Numbered from the stretch's first letter, positions 13,136 to 25,482 are shown. The stretch is 64,000 nucleotides of DNA from Malacoraja senta (GCA_038087875.1 CM075990.1:17362001-17426000); one strand, 5' to 3'. Translations and numbers: made by a program. The notes: a model not told the origin generated them from the sequence alone.

Positions 13136-13459
13136 TAATATATGTGTCAGGGTCAAGGTCAGGGTCAAGGTCAGTGCTTGTAGTTTCTAGAATCATTGCA
13201 TGAGTTGGGATCTCAATGACAGCATCCGTGAGTTCCCCAACTTCCATAATGGATTGCTTTGTACTTGGGTTCCTGAGAATACCGGCATAGCTTAGTGCCG
13301 CTCTCTACTAGTGTCATTAATACCTGAGTGTGTCAGAAAATATTTGAATACTGGATAATCTGAGATGCTGACGTGCCTAGGTATTTCATGGTATTTCTTT
13401 AACTGAATACCTGACGTGTGTACCTGAGGTACCTGAGCTTCCTTCATTCCTGGGTTTGG

Positions 13460-13755
13460 AAATACAGCGTGTAAGTAGTCGCTTCGACCCACTGAGTCCA
13501 CGTTGACTATCGATCACACATCCCACTTTCACATCCACTCCCCACATGCTAGAGGCAATATCCAGAGGCCAAATAACCTACGAACCCGCACGTCTTTGGG
13601 ATGTGGGCGGAAGCCAGAGCACCCACAGGAAATCCACATCGTTTCCCACAGGGTGGACATGCAAACTCCACACACACAGCGCCCGAGGTCAGGATCGAAC
13701 CGGGGTCTGTGATTGTGAGTTGGCAGCTCTGCCAGCTGCACCACTCTGTGCCATT
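13460..13755 (-). mobile_element. HE1/V-SINE-like SINE
   Basis: gaggtcaggatcgaaccgggg (antisense B box) and V-like core. Confidence 0.8.
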
Positions 13756-14052
13756 CTCAGAGTTCTCTGTGTATTCAGAGAGTTTGTGTCCTGCCAAAGT
13801 GACTGAAGGTCACAGCTATGTTTCGTCAAAGTTTTACAAGCTGAGGATCTTGTTCATTGAACTAAATTTAACCTTTCCCTCTAGATGGGCAGCAATGAGA
13901 CCAAATGACGGTGCGGCAAGAGGCTTTAAGTGTACACGAACCTGGGCGGAATGCACACGAGCCCAGCTGCTTCAGCTGACAAAGCAGGTACGTTTAAAAC
14001 CAATGCTGGGGCTCGTTCATAGAGGATGCACCGTTGCAGGGAGAGAAGATCA

Positions 14053-14322
14053 AAAACATCACCTATCCATGTTCTCCACAGATGCTGCCTGACCCGCTGA
14101 GTTACTCCAGCACTCTGTGAAACGTCACCTATTCATGTTCTCCAGAGATGTTGCCTGACCCACTGAGTTACTCCAGCACTCTGTGAAACGTCACCTATCT
14201 ATGTTCTCCACAGATGCTGCCTGACCCACTGTTACTCCAACACTCTGTGAAATGTCACCTATCCATGTTCTCCACAGATGCTGCCTGACCCACTGAGTTA
14301 CTCCAGCATTTTGTGTCTATCT
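14053..14322 (+). repeat. Tandem array, 4 x about 66 bp, of the Penelope terminal sequence
   Basis: Units start at 14053, 14119, 14185 and 14249; same junction (ccagcactctgt|gaaacgtc) as the 5065 array. Confidence 0.95.
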
Positions 14323-14858
14323 TAGATAGATATTCATTCGGATTTGAAAAAGAATTGGATAAATCTGAATATTTCTTGCCATGGAGCCCACTGGCCATGG
14401 TTCATTATCTGCATCTGGAATGTCCGTGACATAGAATGTAGAACAGAGAACATTACAGGCCCTCCACCCACAATGTTTCTGCTGAACACAATGCCATGAT
14501 CCATATCTCTCCATTCCCTGCATATCCTTGTCTCTATCTAAAAGCCTCGTAAAGAGTGAGTCGTAGAATAATGCAGCCTATGATGGGCCTGTTTCCAAAC
14601 TGGTGGAAACCCATGGGCCCTCCTTGCCCACTACACTGACCCACACATCCCATTACACAAGTCCCAGCGGCCTGCCTGCCTGCCTCCACCAACCCTGCCA
14701 GCACATTCCAGGCTCTCAGCACCCTCTGTGAAAATTCTTTCCTCACACATCTCCTTTACATGTGGCCTCTGTCACCTTTGAACCATGTCTTCTAGTCTGT
14801 GATTTTTCACCCCCTGGGATAAGTCTTCTGAAGCTCCACCCTATCTATGGCTCTCATA

Positions 14859-15499
14859 TGTTAGCATTCATAGCAAAAGGATTTGAGTATAGAAGCAGGG
14901 AGGTTCTACTGCAGTTGTACAGGGTCTTGGTGAGACCACACCTGGAGTATTGCGTACAGTTTTGGTCTCCTAATCTGAGGAAAGACATTCTTGCCATAGA
15001 GGGAGTACAGAGAAGGTTCACCAGACTGATTCCTGGGATGTCAGGACTTTCATATGAAGAAAGACTGGATAGACTCGGCTTGTACTCACTAGAATTTAGA
15101 AGATTGAGGGGGGGTCTTATAGAAACTTACAAAATTCTTAAGGGGTTGGACAGGCTAGATGCAGGAAGATTGTTCCCGATGTTGGGGAAGTCCAGAACAA
15201 GGGGTCACAGTTTAAGGATAAAGGAGAAATCTTTTAGGACTGAGATGAGAAAAACATTTTTTACACAGAGAGTGGTGAATCTCTGGAATTCTCTGCCACA
15301 GAATGTAGTTGAGGCCAGTTCATTGGCTATATTTAAGAGGGAGTTAGATGTGGCCCTTGTGGCTAAAGGGATCAGGGTGTATGGAGAGAAAGCCAGTACA
15401 GGATACTGAGTTGGATGATCAGCCATGATCATATTGAATGGCGGTGCAGGCTCGAAGGGCCGAATGGCCTACTCCTGCACCTATTTTCTATGTTTCTAT
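14859..15499 (+). mobile_element. Young CR1 (HER1-like) LINE, 5'-truncated, with open ORF2 C-terminus
   Basis: LYRVLVRPHLEYCVQFWSP...FFTQRVVNLWNSLP...GY* uninterrupted; 3' UTR ggctcgaagggccgaatggcctactcctgcacc and (ttctatgt) tail. It sits inside an older antisense CR1 remnant (about 14430-14858 and 15500-15580). Confidence 0.92.
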
Positions 15500-15691
15500 A
15501 ATTGTATATTCTTCTGTCTGGTCTCCCTTCAACCTCCGATGCTTTGGAGAAGACAATCCAAGTTTGTCCCACTTCTCCACATATCTAATGATCCTCTTTC
15601 TGTGATGCTGGAACACTTATTTACACATTGGTACACTTTCTCCAAATAGTTCCTGATATAGTTGCTCTTGCTGTATGTTGTGATGCATGTA

Positions 15692-16073
15692 GGATTCATG
15701 GGAGGTAGTCTTGGAAGGGAGGGGTTCTCCTCAAACTGCGGAGCATCCTGGACAATACAGCTCACCCCCTCCATGACAAACTGGTCAACCTGAGGAGTTC
15801 CACCAAGATGCAGGACAGAATGCCACAGGAGATCCTTCTTCCCTGTATCAAACTGTACAACTCCTTCCCCTTCTGTCGTGGGGTAGACTGGGACTGAGAC
15901 TGACTCCCTGTCCCCCCCCCCCCCCCCCCCCCCCATTCTTTGAACATTCCCCAATCCTTTCCACTCGGTACTTTAATTTCGTGTTTCATGTATTTTGTGT
16001 TTTGTGTTTTATGAGTGTCGGCAGATCAATTTCCCTCCTGGGATAAATAAAGTTCTATTGTATCGTATCGTGT
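15692..16073 (+). mobile_element. Rex1-like LINE 3' end
   Basis: KLRSILDNTAHPLHDKLVNLRS...RCRTECHRRSFFP, then caatttccctcctgggataaataaag and a (tatcg) tail. Confidence 0.7.
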
Positions 16074-19000
16074 TGATGCCAAATATACAAGCCAAGTTGG
16101 GGCGTAAAGATCTGTCCAGTTATATTAACATTACAAAGCTGCAGCAAAACATTACCTGCACTATTCCCAGCGTGGGGCAGGTTTGGAGTTTCCATGTGGT
16201 CCTGGTCTTGGAGAATGTCTCCAGTTCTCCATGAGTCCACTGGGGGGCAGCCAGCAAGACAAGGGGGGGGTGGGGGGGAAGCACAATCTGTCGTCTCAAG
16301 CCCTCCCAGGAGGATCGTCTGAAGTTCGGCAGCTAAATAAGACAGTGTGTGGAACTATGAAACACCTGTTACAGACTGTGTTAATAACGTGCACTGTGTC
16401 CGCGTTACTGCCAATGAAGGAGATTCAGTTTCAGTGATTAACATGCTCTTAAAATGTTTTAATAGGTTGCGTTGGATGAGGAGATCCTTCACTTTATGGA
16501 GCAGACTGCCTCCTACTGGCAGCTCACTTGTCAGCAGACTAGCTGCCTCAAAGAGTTTCAATGAAAACCACTCTGTTTATTTATTCTCCCTTTATCAAGA
16601 ATAACGAGAGAATTAAATCCAAGGATATTTTTTCAAAACATTGGAGAATGCAAGTGAGCATTGTAAATTAAGTATATTAAATATAACAAACATAGGTAAC
16701 AGGAAAAGGACGTTTATTCCAAAAATAACAGATACATACTGATGACTGCATCTATTGCGTATGTTGATATCAAATGTCATCAGGCACTTTGTTCATCAGT
16801 TAACTTTAAAGTGCTTTTTATGCAAAAATCAACATTAAAAATATCAACATAAAAAATAAAAATTGTCCAATTCCATCACAATTCAGATTGGACTATCTGT
16901 TGGTCATGTTGGTGAGGGAGCAATTGGAGTGTTGTGCTCTGATGTGGTCACTCTGCAATAGGAAGGATGTCATTAAACTGGGAAGGGTGCAGAGAAGATT
17001 TATGAGGCTGTGGAGATGGTGCAGAAGAGATTTACTAGGATGCTGCATAGATTACAGGGAATTAGCTGGAAGGAGAGGTTGGATGAGCTTGTGTTCCATT
17101 GTTGGAGCACTGGAGGCAGAAGGGAAACCTTATAGAATTATATAAAAATATGAGAGGTATTGATAGAGTAGACAAGAATGCTGGAGGAACTCAGCGGGTG
17201 AAGCAGCATCTATGGAGAGAAGGAATAGGCAACGCTTCGGGCCGAGACCCTTGTTCAGACTGAAGAATACAGATGCTGCCTCACCCGTTGAGTTCCTCCA
17301 GCATTTTTGTCTACCTCCGATTTTTCCAGCATCTGCAGTTCTTTCTTAAACCAATAGATAGAGAAGAAGTCAGATACAAGAGACTGCAGATGCTGGAGTC
17401 TTGAGCAAAAAGTGCTGGAGGAACTCAATGGTCAGGCAGTATCTGTGAAAGGTCTGAAGAAGGGTTTTGACCTGAAATGTCATCTTTCCATTCTGTGCAC
17501 AGATACTTCTTGACTGGTTGAGTTCTTCCCTGACTTTGTCTTTTGCTATGGATAGAGTCAAGCAGGTCTCATACATCCCACCACACCTCGAGATTTAAAC
17601 ACCATTTGTTGCAAAGTTTCAGCACACGTACACCTGAGTGACCAATAACTCTGAGACTATACCCTGGCAATTGACAGTGAATTCTCCTGCAATAGAAGAA
17701 AGAGCTAATGCAGCTCTCCTAGTGCGGAACCCTGCTCACTAACGCAGTGCAAGGCAAAGGGAAGACTGAGCACAGCACAAAGTGTAGGAGGGACTCGGCC
17801 AGTCGAGCAGCACCTGTGGAGGGAACAGGCAAAGGAGGTTTTGATTCAGGACCCTACTTCAAACTGTGTTTTCCACAAGATTCCAGCATCCGTCAATTCT
17901 GGTGTCTCCAAAGGGAAGTTTGCAGAATTTCCCAGGCTCTTCCCAAACTTTCCTGCATATACATGGGAGCACAGCTCATTAGTGATAGGAGCAGACAGGC
18001 CATTTGGCCCATCAAGTCTACTCTGCCATTAAATCATGGCTGATCTATCTTTCCGTCTCAACCCCATTCTCCTGCCTTCTAGTGGACTCTCCCACTAGTG
18101 GATACATCCTCTTCACATCCACTCTATCCAAGCCTTTCACTATTCAACGTTAAACAATATTTGATCAGGTCAGATTGTCAATAAGGTCAATTATTCTGAT
18201 CCTAATTTTAAGCTAAAATCCATGTTAATATCACCTGATCTACGAAATCAATCATTTCCAGTCAGTGAATACAAATTTGATTTTATTTGTGTGAACTTAA
18301 TTCTAAGGTAAACATAGACTGAGGTCTCTGCTCTGCATCCGTTCCCACACATCTGCCTGTTTATTAATTAAATAAGAGAAGAGAAAATGGATTATGGTAC
18401 TGAACACAAATGAAAAATTAAACATATTTACTGTAATTTAAATCAGGGTCTGTGTGATTGACAGCAAGCTTTGAATTATAATTCTCAGTAAGATGACCAC
18501 AGAAAGCCAAACATTAATTCCACAACAACAGGGGAATAGATAAAGTGAACGCACACAGTCTTTTCCCCAGAGTAGACAATGCTAAAACTAGAGGGTGCAG
18601 GCTTAATGTGAGAGGACAGGGATTGAAGAGGGACCCCATCTGTGGAATTATTTTCATTCAGAAGGTATGCGAATCTAGAATGAGCTGCCGGAGGAAGCTA
18701 TAGAAGCGGATTCAATTATCAATTTTTTTTTTCAAAGGCATACAGTATAGGAAGGGTTCAGAGGACTACGAGCCAAACGCAGCAAACTGGGACTAGCCCA
18801 ATATGCCAACTTGATCAGCGTGATCAAGGTGTGTTTCCGTGTTGTACGGTCCCGTGAGTCTTTAACATCAGCTTTATACAACAATGCAACATTATTTTTT
18901 TATTTTCAACATCTCGTTAATTTTATTAAACATTTTAACATTGCCATATACACCATGTTTTCCTCATAACCATTAGAATTTAATAATGAGATAATTAGCC

Positions 19001-19698
19001 ATACAGCACAGAAACAAACCCTTTGGCCCACCTTATTCCTGCTGACCAAGTTGACATATTGGGCTAGTCCTATTTGCCTGCATTTGGCCCAGAGCCCTCT
19101 GAACCGGTCCTATCCATAGATATCTCTGTAAATGCTTTTCAAAAGTTGTAAAATATTATAATTCCATTCTGATCACCATTAGACTTTTGCCCATGTTACA
19201 ACAGTGCAGGAAACTGAATTGAGAAGGCAGGCTTTTGAAGCTATAAAGATCATCACTTCTGAGGAATTTTCTCATTTTTCAAATGTTTTTATTGCAGATT
19301 TTACCACCTATTACCAATCTGCAGCTCCACAGTTCAGGGAAGGATATGGAAAGTAAAATGTTTGAGGTTCGGGAGCAGAGCATAGAAATATTATATAAAT
19401 AGATGGTTTAAGTGGCCTTTTAATTTGTTTGGCAAAGCCAAAATGCAGGGAATGGAGGGATATGGCTCACATGCAGATGGAGGAGGTTAATTTAATTTGG
19501 CATTGTGTTTGGACTGACATTGTGGGCCGAAGGGCCTATTCCTGTGCTGTACTGTTCTATATTCTAAAAGATTATGTTGGTAATTAGGAGGTACCAATCT
19601 ATCAACACTCATCATACCATTCTTGGTCGATCTCCATGTTGTAACTAGGAGTGTCTACAAAGAGCAGCACTGGTGGCAAGCATCAATAAAACACACCT

Positions 19699-19852
19699 GT
19701 AGGAAGTAACTGTAGATGCTGGTTTACATAGAAGATAGACACAAAATGCTGGAGTAACTCAACGGAACAGGCAGCATCTCTGGAGAGAAGAAAGGGTCTC
19801 AACCTGAAACATCAATCATTCCTTCTCTCCAGAGATGCTGCTTGTCCCGCTG
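19699..19852. mobile_element. Palindromic Penelope-derived short insertion
   Basis: Inverted terminal halves, flanked by aataaaacacacct (19685-19698) and aataaaacaaacct (19853-19866). Confidence 0.75.
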
Positions 19853-20072
19853 AATAAAACAAACCTTTCAGGTATTTAACTTAAAGTAAAATATTTTTTA
19901 ATCTTTACACAGGAAAGAAATCCTTGTTTGATGACCTGGTATGTGAATGGATGAAGGATGAAGGAGCCTCAAAGAGCTTAAGCACAAAGCAAAGCATTGT
20001 AGAAACACAGAGGGAAGAACTCCGGGAGAGAACCACCTCGACGAAAGCAACGCTGTGAAGCAGACCCGAGCC

Positions 20073-23000
20073 ATGGACTCGTTAAAGAACAGAGGTGCAG
20101 CTAAAACAAGAAAAATGCAGGGACATTCTAAAGCGGTGGATGGTTTTAGTGATACGTCAAGTGCAGGGAGCTTTTTGGATGAAGCAGATAGAGAAGTAAG
20201 TAGTCTTACAGAGCGTGCTTTTAAGAGCTTGTGTGTTGTAGAAGAAGCTATGTGTAGTGAGTTTGGGGCGCACAGTTCACCATCAGTGGCCAATGTGAAC
20301 CAGGCTGCCCCAGGGCCAGGCGGGAAGAAGCATTCTGCGGGAGAATTGAAAAACTGTAAGATGTCGCCAAAACTAATCAAGAAACGAGCAAAGGAGTTGC
20401 CCGAGACATTCCAGGAATCCGCGGGACAGTATTCTGTTGGAGGTGAGAAAGGGGACTTGGGAAATGGCTACCTGGTTGAAACCAAGGAGCAGAAGGCAAA
20501 GGGTTCTTCTCTGCCCAGAGATGTTGATCACAACAAGAGGGATTTCACAGGAACCGACGCGATCAATGCAAAAGCAGCTTCAGGCGTTCACCCTGAGCCA
20601 GCAGGAGAAGATGGTGTCAAAGACATCACGCAGTTCGATGTCTCATCCATCATCAACTTGCACCGAGAGAAGTCGAGCTTTTCTGCCGCTTGCCAGGAGA
20701 GCTATTGGGTAAATAAAAACCATCTCCCTCAGGCGAAAGGCAGCAAAACCAATATTTTAGGGTATCTGAAAGCCTCACAGTGTCGCAAAGCCACTGACTT
20801 GAAGAATCTTAACCCCACTGGTAAAAAGTTAGACAAGGCCCTTTCTGAGAAGGTCAGCAGAGTGAAGAAGGCTGACACAGCGAGCAGCTTCCTCCACAGT
20901 GAATGCAGTGCATTCAAATCCTGGCGCGATCACAGTAAGTCTCTGTCTGAAGAGGATAATCCGCCTGAAACCCACTACCCCACCAGCCTTCAGTCCAATG
21001 TTCATTTGCAGGGATCTGATGAAGATGTCATTGTTCAGATACAGGCCCCTTCTTTGGTGCAAGTAAAGTCTCCAAACAAAGTCATAGCTAGCGTGATGCA
21101 GAATCCAGGGAACCGCTCTCCCTGCAACAAAGATGATGCACATCTTCATGCATCTGTACCTGAAGAAAATCACTACATTGTCAAAGAAAGTCAAGATCCA
21201 GGTGAACATTTGCAGGGGGCTAAATGTGAAGAGGGCGGTGGTGGGACAGTGGAAAACGGAGTTGAGGAGAAAGGCTTCCAGCTGTGGAGAAACTCAAGGT
21301 TCCCGCTACATAAAAAGCAAATGGAGGCAGAGTTAGTGAGTGAGGAGGTCCCTGCCACAAGATGTCCACCAGTAGCTGAAGCTGCAACATCTGATGCAGC
21401 GATTCCTCAGGAGGCCACCTCTCTGTGCATCTCCAAGCTCCTCACGCCCAACATGGTGCCCAATGTCAATGGAATAGAAACGTCCAAAAACCAGCCAGTC
21501 ATAGTGACTCCTCCCCTCCTCATCCAGCCCGCGGCCAACCAGAGTGATGAGATTAAAGGGGACAACCAGTCACAGTTGGGCTACAGATGCAAGGCGTCAA
21601 GTCTGTTGTACAACTTGAAGGACGTGAGGAAGAGGGTGAAGTCCACCTACTCAACAGCAGGGGCACCACAAAACATCGCCGAGCCTGCAAGGGACAAGTA
21701 TGTTTTCCAGAACATACATCAAACTAGTGCAAGGACTTCTTCTGCTCCTGTCAGGCTACGAGTCAGGGGGAACTGTGCGACGGACGCCAATGGCCAGGGG
21801 AAACTGGACACGATGCCCCATGTTGACGGTACAAGACCCACCGCTGCCCGCCTCAAAGCTGTTGAGATACCTCAGGCTGAGTTAGACCCGTGGAAGGATG
21901 ATGACTATCTGAACCTACGGTCGCCACAGACGGTGAGAGAAGCCGGCGGCTATCCTCGGTGGAGGACGAGGAGCTCAAGACCACAGTCTGCAATGACGTC
22001 GTTGGAGGTCCATGCGGGCAAATGTCGGGACAGAAGGAGCTCCCAGCAGCTGAATAACCCCAATGCAAAGGACAAGGCAGATCTCCCAGTCAAAGCTTTC
22101 CAGTCTGCGAGGAACAGCCCAGAGGGAGTGACAATTGCACAGGAAAAAGAAGAGCTGCAGCAGAATATATTGCATGTTGGCAGAAAGCCAGAGTGTGAGT
22201 TAGTCAGTCACCAACAGCAAGATGTGCGGACACGTGAAAGTCAGACCAGAAAGCAGGAGGGATTGTTGATGCCACAGAGAGTGGAGGATGGAGGTTCCTC
22301 AAGCATGGACCGGTGTGTGCCCAGTCACCAGGGACCTTGCCATCCTGCAGGAGAAGGCAGAACTAGACTCGATGTCAAGTCATCCGGTCAGTCCTACATC
22401 GACTTGGGTAACAGCTACACTCAGGGTCCTGAGCAAATGAATGACTTGAAGGAACAGAGCACTGGGTGTAATGCTGATGCTTTGAATGGTCGCCCTGCAG
22501 TTGAGAACGACAAGAGTTGTGAGAAGATTGAGCTGCAGTATTACGCACTGAGTGATCCAACCATAAACTCGGAGAGGGGAGGGGAGAAACAAAACGCACC
22601 TCTGGTGTTTCAAAGTCATTCCCAACAGGTAACGTCAAGGGGTCTACCGGAGACTAGAACAATGGACAGTGCTTCTGTGGGCTTCTGTGAAGAAAAGTTC
22701 GATAGCATTTTTTCCAAGCAGCAAGAACGCGGGCCAGGAAGTAGCGTCCCGACTTCACCGAGACTTGGTTTATTTAAAGTCACAGACAATTCACCAATAG
22801 TCCCCACGGTAACTAAGCCCACAAAGCTCCTTCTCCCAAAAGGCGCAGGCGAGAATGCTGGCATCAACACTTTGAAAGAAAGACCAACCATGTTTACACC
22901 AAATGAGATGCGCGAAGAAGGTAAACGCGACTCAGGTGAGGTGTCGTTGGCCAGTTCAGTCACTCCCAATGCAAGGCCGGAGTCAACCTGCAGCATGGAC

Positions 23001-23804
23001 TCGAGAGCAGCAGGAAAACCGCCAGTGGTTCCCCCAAAGTCCGAGAAAGCTTTGCGTCGGGCCAAAAAGCTGGCGACCAGGAGGAAACGGACGGAGAACA
23101 AGCAGGACAAGCAGAGTGGTGGTGGTACAGATACTGACATTGCCCTGTCCAACATGCCAGTGTGCGCCCCAAGTGAGCCCACCTCACCACTGCCCAGCGT
23201 TTGCCCGTCAACCCCACACCCACTCAACTCATGCGGTTCCCCAGCCATCGCCGACACCCCGGCAGTAACCAGCACCCTGCCCTTCACATCTGCTCCTTCG
23301 CTTCCATTAAGTCAGCGAAAATTACTTCAAGATCCTGAATCTGGCCAATACTTTGTTGTAGATATCCCCATCCAAGTCCAGAGAAAGACTTTGTTTGACC
23401 CAGAAACTGGGAATTATTTCCAGGTGTCCATCCCCTCGGCCGGTCGAAACACCACACTAGATTTCTTAAACACTTCCTACGTGTTGTATCCCGGTTTCCC
23501 GTCCTTGCCGCTGTTGTCCACGGTTAGACCTCCCTCCCAAATGTCGGCACCGGCCGTTCTGCTGGACCCACACAAAGAGGAAGGGCCTTTCAACGTGCGG
23601 ACTAACTTTGATTTGGGATACACGGAGGAGCAAGAAAACCAGCCGTATATTGAGACGTTTTATGATCCTTACACTGGGAGCAGGGCGGGGAGTGAAAAGG
23701 AGATTTGGTGCAGTCCAATGAGCAGTCAAACGCAACCAGAAGACCATGACCTGGAATTAATTTTTATGGGGGATCTGGAAGATATTGCCATGGAAAATAA
23801 TTAG
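20073..23804 (+). CDS. C10orf71: Cardiac-enriched FHL2-interacting protein (CEFIP) orthologue, single coding exon, 1243 aa (1229 aa from ATG 20115)
   Basis: Uninterrupted 3.7-kb ORF with blocks I recognise from C10orf71: DGFSDTSSAGSFLDEADREVSSLTERAFKSLC, FLHSECSAFKSW, ISKLLTP, KASSLLYNLKDVRKRVKSTYS, KPPVVPPKSEKALRRAKKLA, KLLQDPESGQYFVVD...FDPETG (DUF4585-like) and DLEDIAME. Kozak-like gccATGg at 20073, in-frame stop at 19959, candidate acceptor ctttacacag at 19912, and DRGX is the neighbour as in human. Confidence 0.93.
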   Translation: MDSLKNRGAAKTRKMQGHSKAVDGFSDTSSAGSFLDEADREVSSLTERAFKSLCVVEEAMCSEFGAHSSPSVANVNQAAPGPGGKKHSAGELKNCKMSPKLIKKRAKELPETFQESAGQYSVGGEKGDLGNGYLVETKEQKAKGSSLPRDVDHNKRDFTGTDAINAKAASGVHPEPAGEDGVKDITQFDVSSIINLHREKSSFSAACQESYWVNKNHLPQAKGSKTNILGYLKASQCRKATDLKNLNPTGKKLDKALSEKVSRVKKADTASSFLHSECSAFKSWRDHSKSLSEEDNPPETHYPTSLQSNVHLQGSDEDVIVQIQAPSLVQVKSPNKVIASVMQNPGNRSPCNKDDAHLHASVPEENHYIVKESQDPGEHLQGAKCEEGGGGTVENGVEEKGFQLWRNSRFPLHKKQMEAELVSEEVPATRCPPVAEAATSDAAIPQEATSLCISKLLTPNMVPNVNGIETSKNQPVIVTPPLLIQPAANQSDEIKGDNQSQLGYRCKASSLLYNLKDVRKRVKSTYSTAGAPQNIAEPARDKYVFQNIHQTSARTSSAPVRLRVRGNCATDANGQGKLDTMPHVDGTRPTAARLKAVEIPQAELDPWKDDDYLNLRSPQTVREAGGYPRWRTRSSRPQSAMTSLEVHAGKCRDRRSSQQLNNPNAKDKADLPVKAFQSARNSPEGVTIAQEKEELQQNILHVGRKPECELVSHQQQDVRTRESQTRKQEGLLMPQRVEDGGSSSMDRCVPSHQGPCHPAGEGRTRLDVKSSGQSYIDLGNSYTQGPEQMNDLKEQSTGCNADALNGRPAVENDKSCEKIELQYYALSDPTINSERGGEKQNAPLVFQSHSQQVTSRGLPETRTMDSASVGFCEEKFDSIFSKQQERGPGSSVPTSPRLGLFKVTDNSPIVPTVTKPTKLLLPKGAGENAGINTLKERPTMFTPNEMREEGKRDSGEVSLASSVTPNARPESTCSMDSRAAGKPPVVPPKSEKALRRAKKLATRRKRTENKQDKQSGGGTDTDIALSNMPVCAPSEPTSPLPSVCPSTPHPLNSCGSPAIADTPAVTSTLPFTSAPSLPLSQRKLLQDPESGQYFVVDIPIQVQRKTLFDPETGNYFQVSIPSAGRNTTLDFLNTSYVLYPGFPSLPLLSTVRPPSQMSAPAVLLDPHKEEGPFNVRTNFDLGYTEEQENQPYIETFYDPYTGSRAGSEKEIWCSPMSSQTQPEDHDLELIFMGDLEDIAMENN

Positions 23805-23992
23805 CGCGAAGGTGATAAAAAGCAGTGCTGGTCCTTCACTGGAAGGGCTGGCAGTCTTTTATAGACTTTATAGATGTCTCTTCGGCAACTGAGAAATGAC
23901 ATATGGAGTGGTTCTGACATGTGCTGCTTTGTATAGTGGTTCTTCACTGTTCAGATGTTCAATTAGATGTGGCATCAGAGATTGGAAAATGA

Positions 23993-23998
23993 AATAAA
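23993..23998 (+). other. Candidate polyadenylation signal for C10orf71
   Basis: First AATAAA about 190 nt after the stop codon. Confidence 0.3.
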
Positions 23999-24154
23999 GA
24001 AGCAAAACTCGTGTAAGAATGCATCATTTCCTAATCAAGCAAGAGGAGTCATTGATGGGGGAGTGGACAGGCTGGGGTCATCTGATTGTCCACGCAATGG
24101 AACCTGGTTTGTGCTTTCTAAAGCTGCACAGTGGCAGAGCATGTTTAAATGGGG

Positions 24155-24480
24155 ACACGAGGTAATGCAGATGCTAGTTTAACAATGAAAATGACATAAA
24201 GTGCTGGAGTAACTCAGCAGGTCATGCAGAATCTCTGGAGAACATGGAGAGGAGATTTCGGGTCGGGACCAGACGTTGTCGTGGGGGGGGGGGGGGGTGG
24301 AAGCGAGGAGAAATGGGGGTGGGACAAAGCCAAGCAAGTGATAGGTGGATACAGGAGAGGAGGGTTTTGATCGGCAGATGGTTGGATAAAGGCAAGAGAT
24401 GAGAAAAGTAAAAGGTGGTCAGGTGAGATATGGAGAGAAGAGATGTGAAATGTGAAGACAGGGGAATGTTAAAATGGGGC
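24155..24480 (-). mobile_element. Penelope-like pLTR fragment
   Basis: gtgctggagtaactcagcaggtca...tttcgggtcgggacc...gataggtggatacagg, as at 805-1085. Confidence 0.7.
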
Positions 24481-24504
24481 CGGGGCAGAGAGAAGGTGTA
24501 TGTA

Positions 24505-25110
24505 GTTAGGTTCAGATTATCATGCGGTTTCATCAAAAGTGAAGAGTGTGGAATTGTCATGTGTTGACCACGGAACAATAGCATTCTCACTTGCAGCAGC
24601 TGAACAGGTGATGACACAATACACAGTGATCAATAAAATAATCAAAAGTAATTCAATAAATTAAGAATCATAATAATAATGCAAATAAAAAATGGTCAGC
24701 AGTGCAACCAAAGAACAGTCTATATAGGTGTCTAGTTGCTGAGGTTAGTGTTGAGCAGTGTTCAAGAGCCTGATGTTTGCTGCGAACAAACTGTTCTTGA
24801 ACCTGGAGGACCACGGTTTTCAGGCTCCTGTACCTTCTTCCAGATGGTAGCAGCGAGATGAGATTGTGACTAGTGTTGTGTGGAACATTGATGAAATTAG
24901 CTGCCTTTTTTGAGGCAGCGCCTCCTGTAGATCCCCTTGATGGTGGGAGGTCAGTATCGGCGATGGATTGGGTAATGTCCACCATTCTCTAGTCTTCTTT
25001 GTTCCTGGGGGTTCGAGTTGCCATAACAGGCCGTGATGCAACCAGTCAATCTGCTCTCTACCGCACACCTATAGACGTTGGTGAGTATTCCCCGACATAC
25101 CGAATCTTGT
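24505..25110 (-). mobile_element. Rex1/Babar-like LINE 3' fragment
   Basis: LISLLPSGRRYRSLKTV motif in ORF 24668-24985 plus 3' UTR. Confidence 0.7.
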
Positions 25111-25169
25111 TAATCGTCATTCATTCCATTGTCCAGGGCTGGCACTCTCCCAGTGACTGCACCATATCA

Positions 25170-25482
25170 TTTTAGTTCAGAGATACAGCGCGGAAGCAGG
25201 CCCTTCGGCCCACCGAGTCCGCACTGACCAGCAATCCCCACACATTAACACTACCCTACACACACTAGGGTCAATTTACAGTTATACCAAGCCAATTCAT
25301 CTACAAACCTGCACGTCTTTGGAGTGTGGGAGGAAACCGAAGATCTCGGAGAAAACCCACGCGGTCACAGGGAGAACGTACAAACTCCGTACAGACAGCA
25401 TCCATAGTCGGGATCGAACCCGGGTCTCCGTTGCTGCGAGCGCTGTAAGGCAACAACACTATCACAATGCCACCCTGCTGCC
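25170..25482 (-). mobile_element. HE1/V-SINE-like SINE
   Basis: gggatcgaacccgggtctc (antisense B box), V-like core and CR1-type tail. Confidence 0.85.

Noticed and set aside
20055..20072. GTG start given by the ORF track for the 1249-aa ORF
   Set aside because: This is a eukaryotic gene; the first ATG, in strong Kozak context, is at 20073
22616..23287. 223-aa antisense ORF, and other ORFs overlapping C10orf71 and the LINEs
   Set aside because: Shadow frames of real coding sequence with no recognisable motifs
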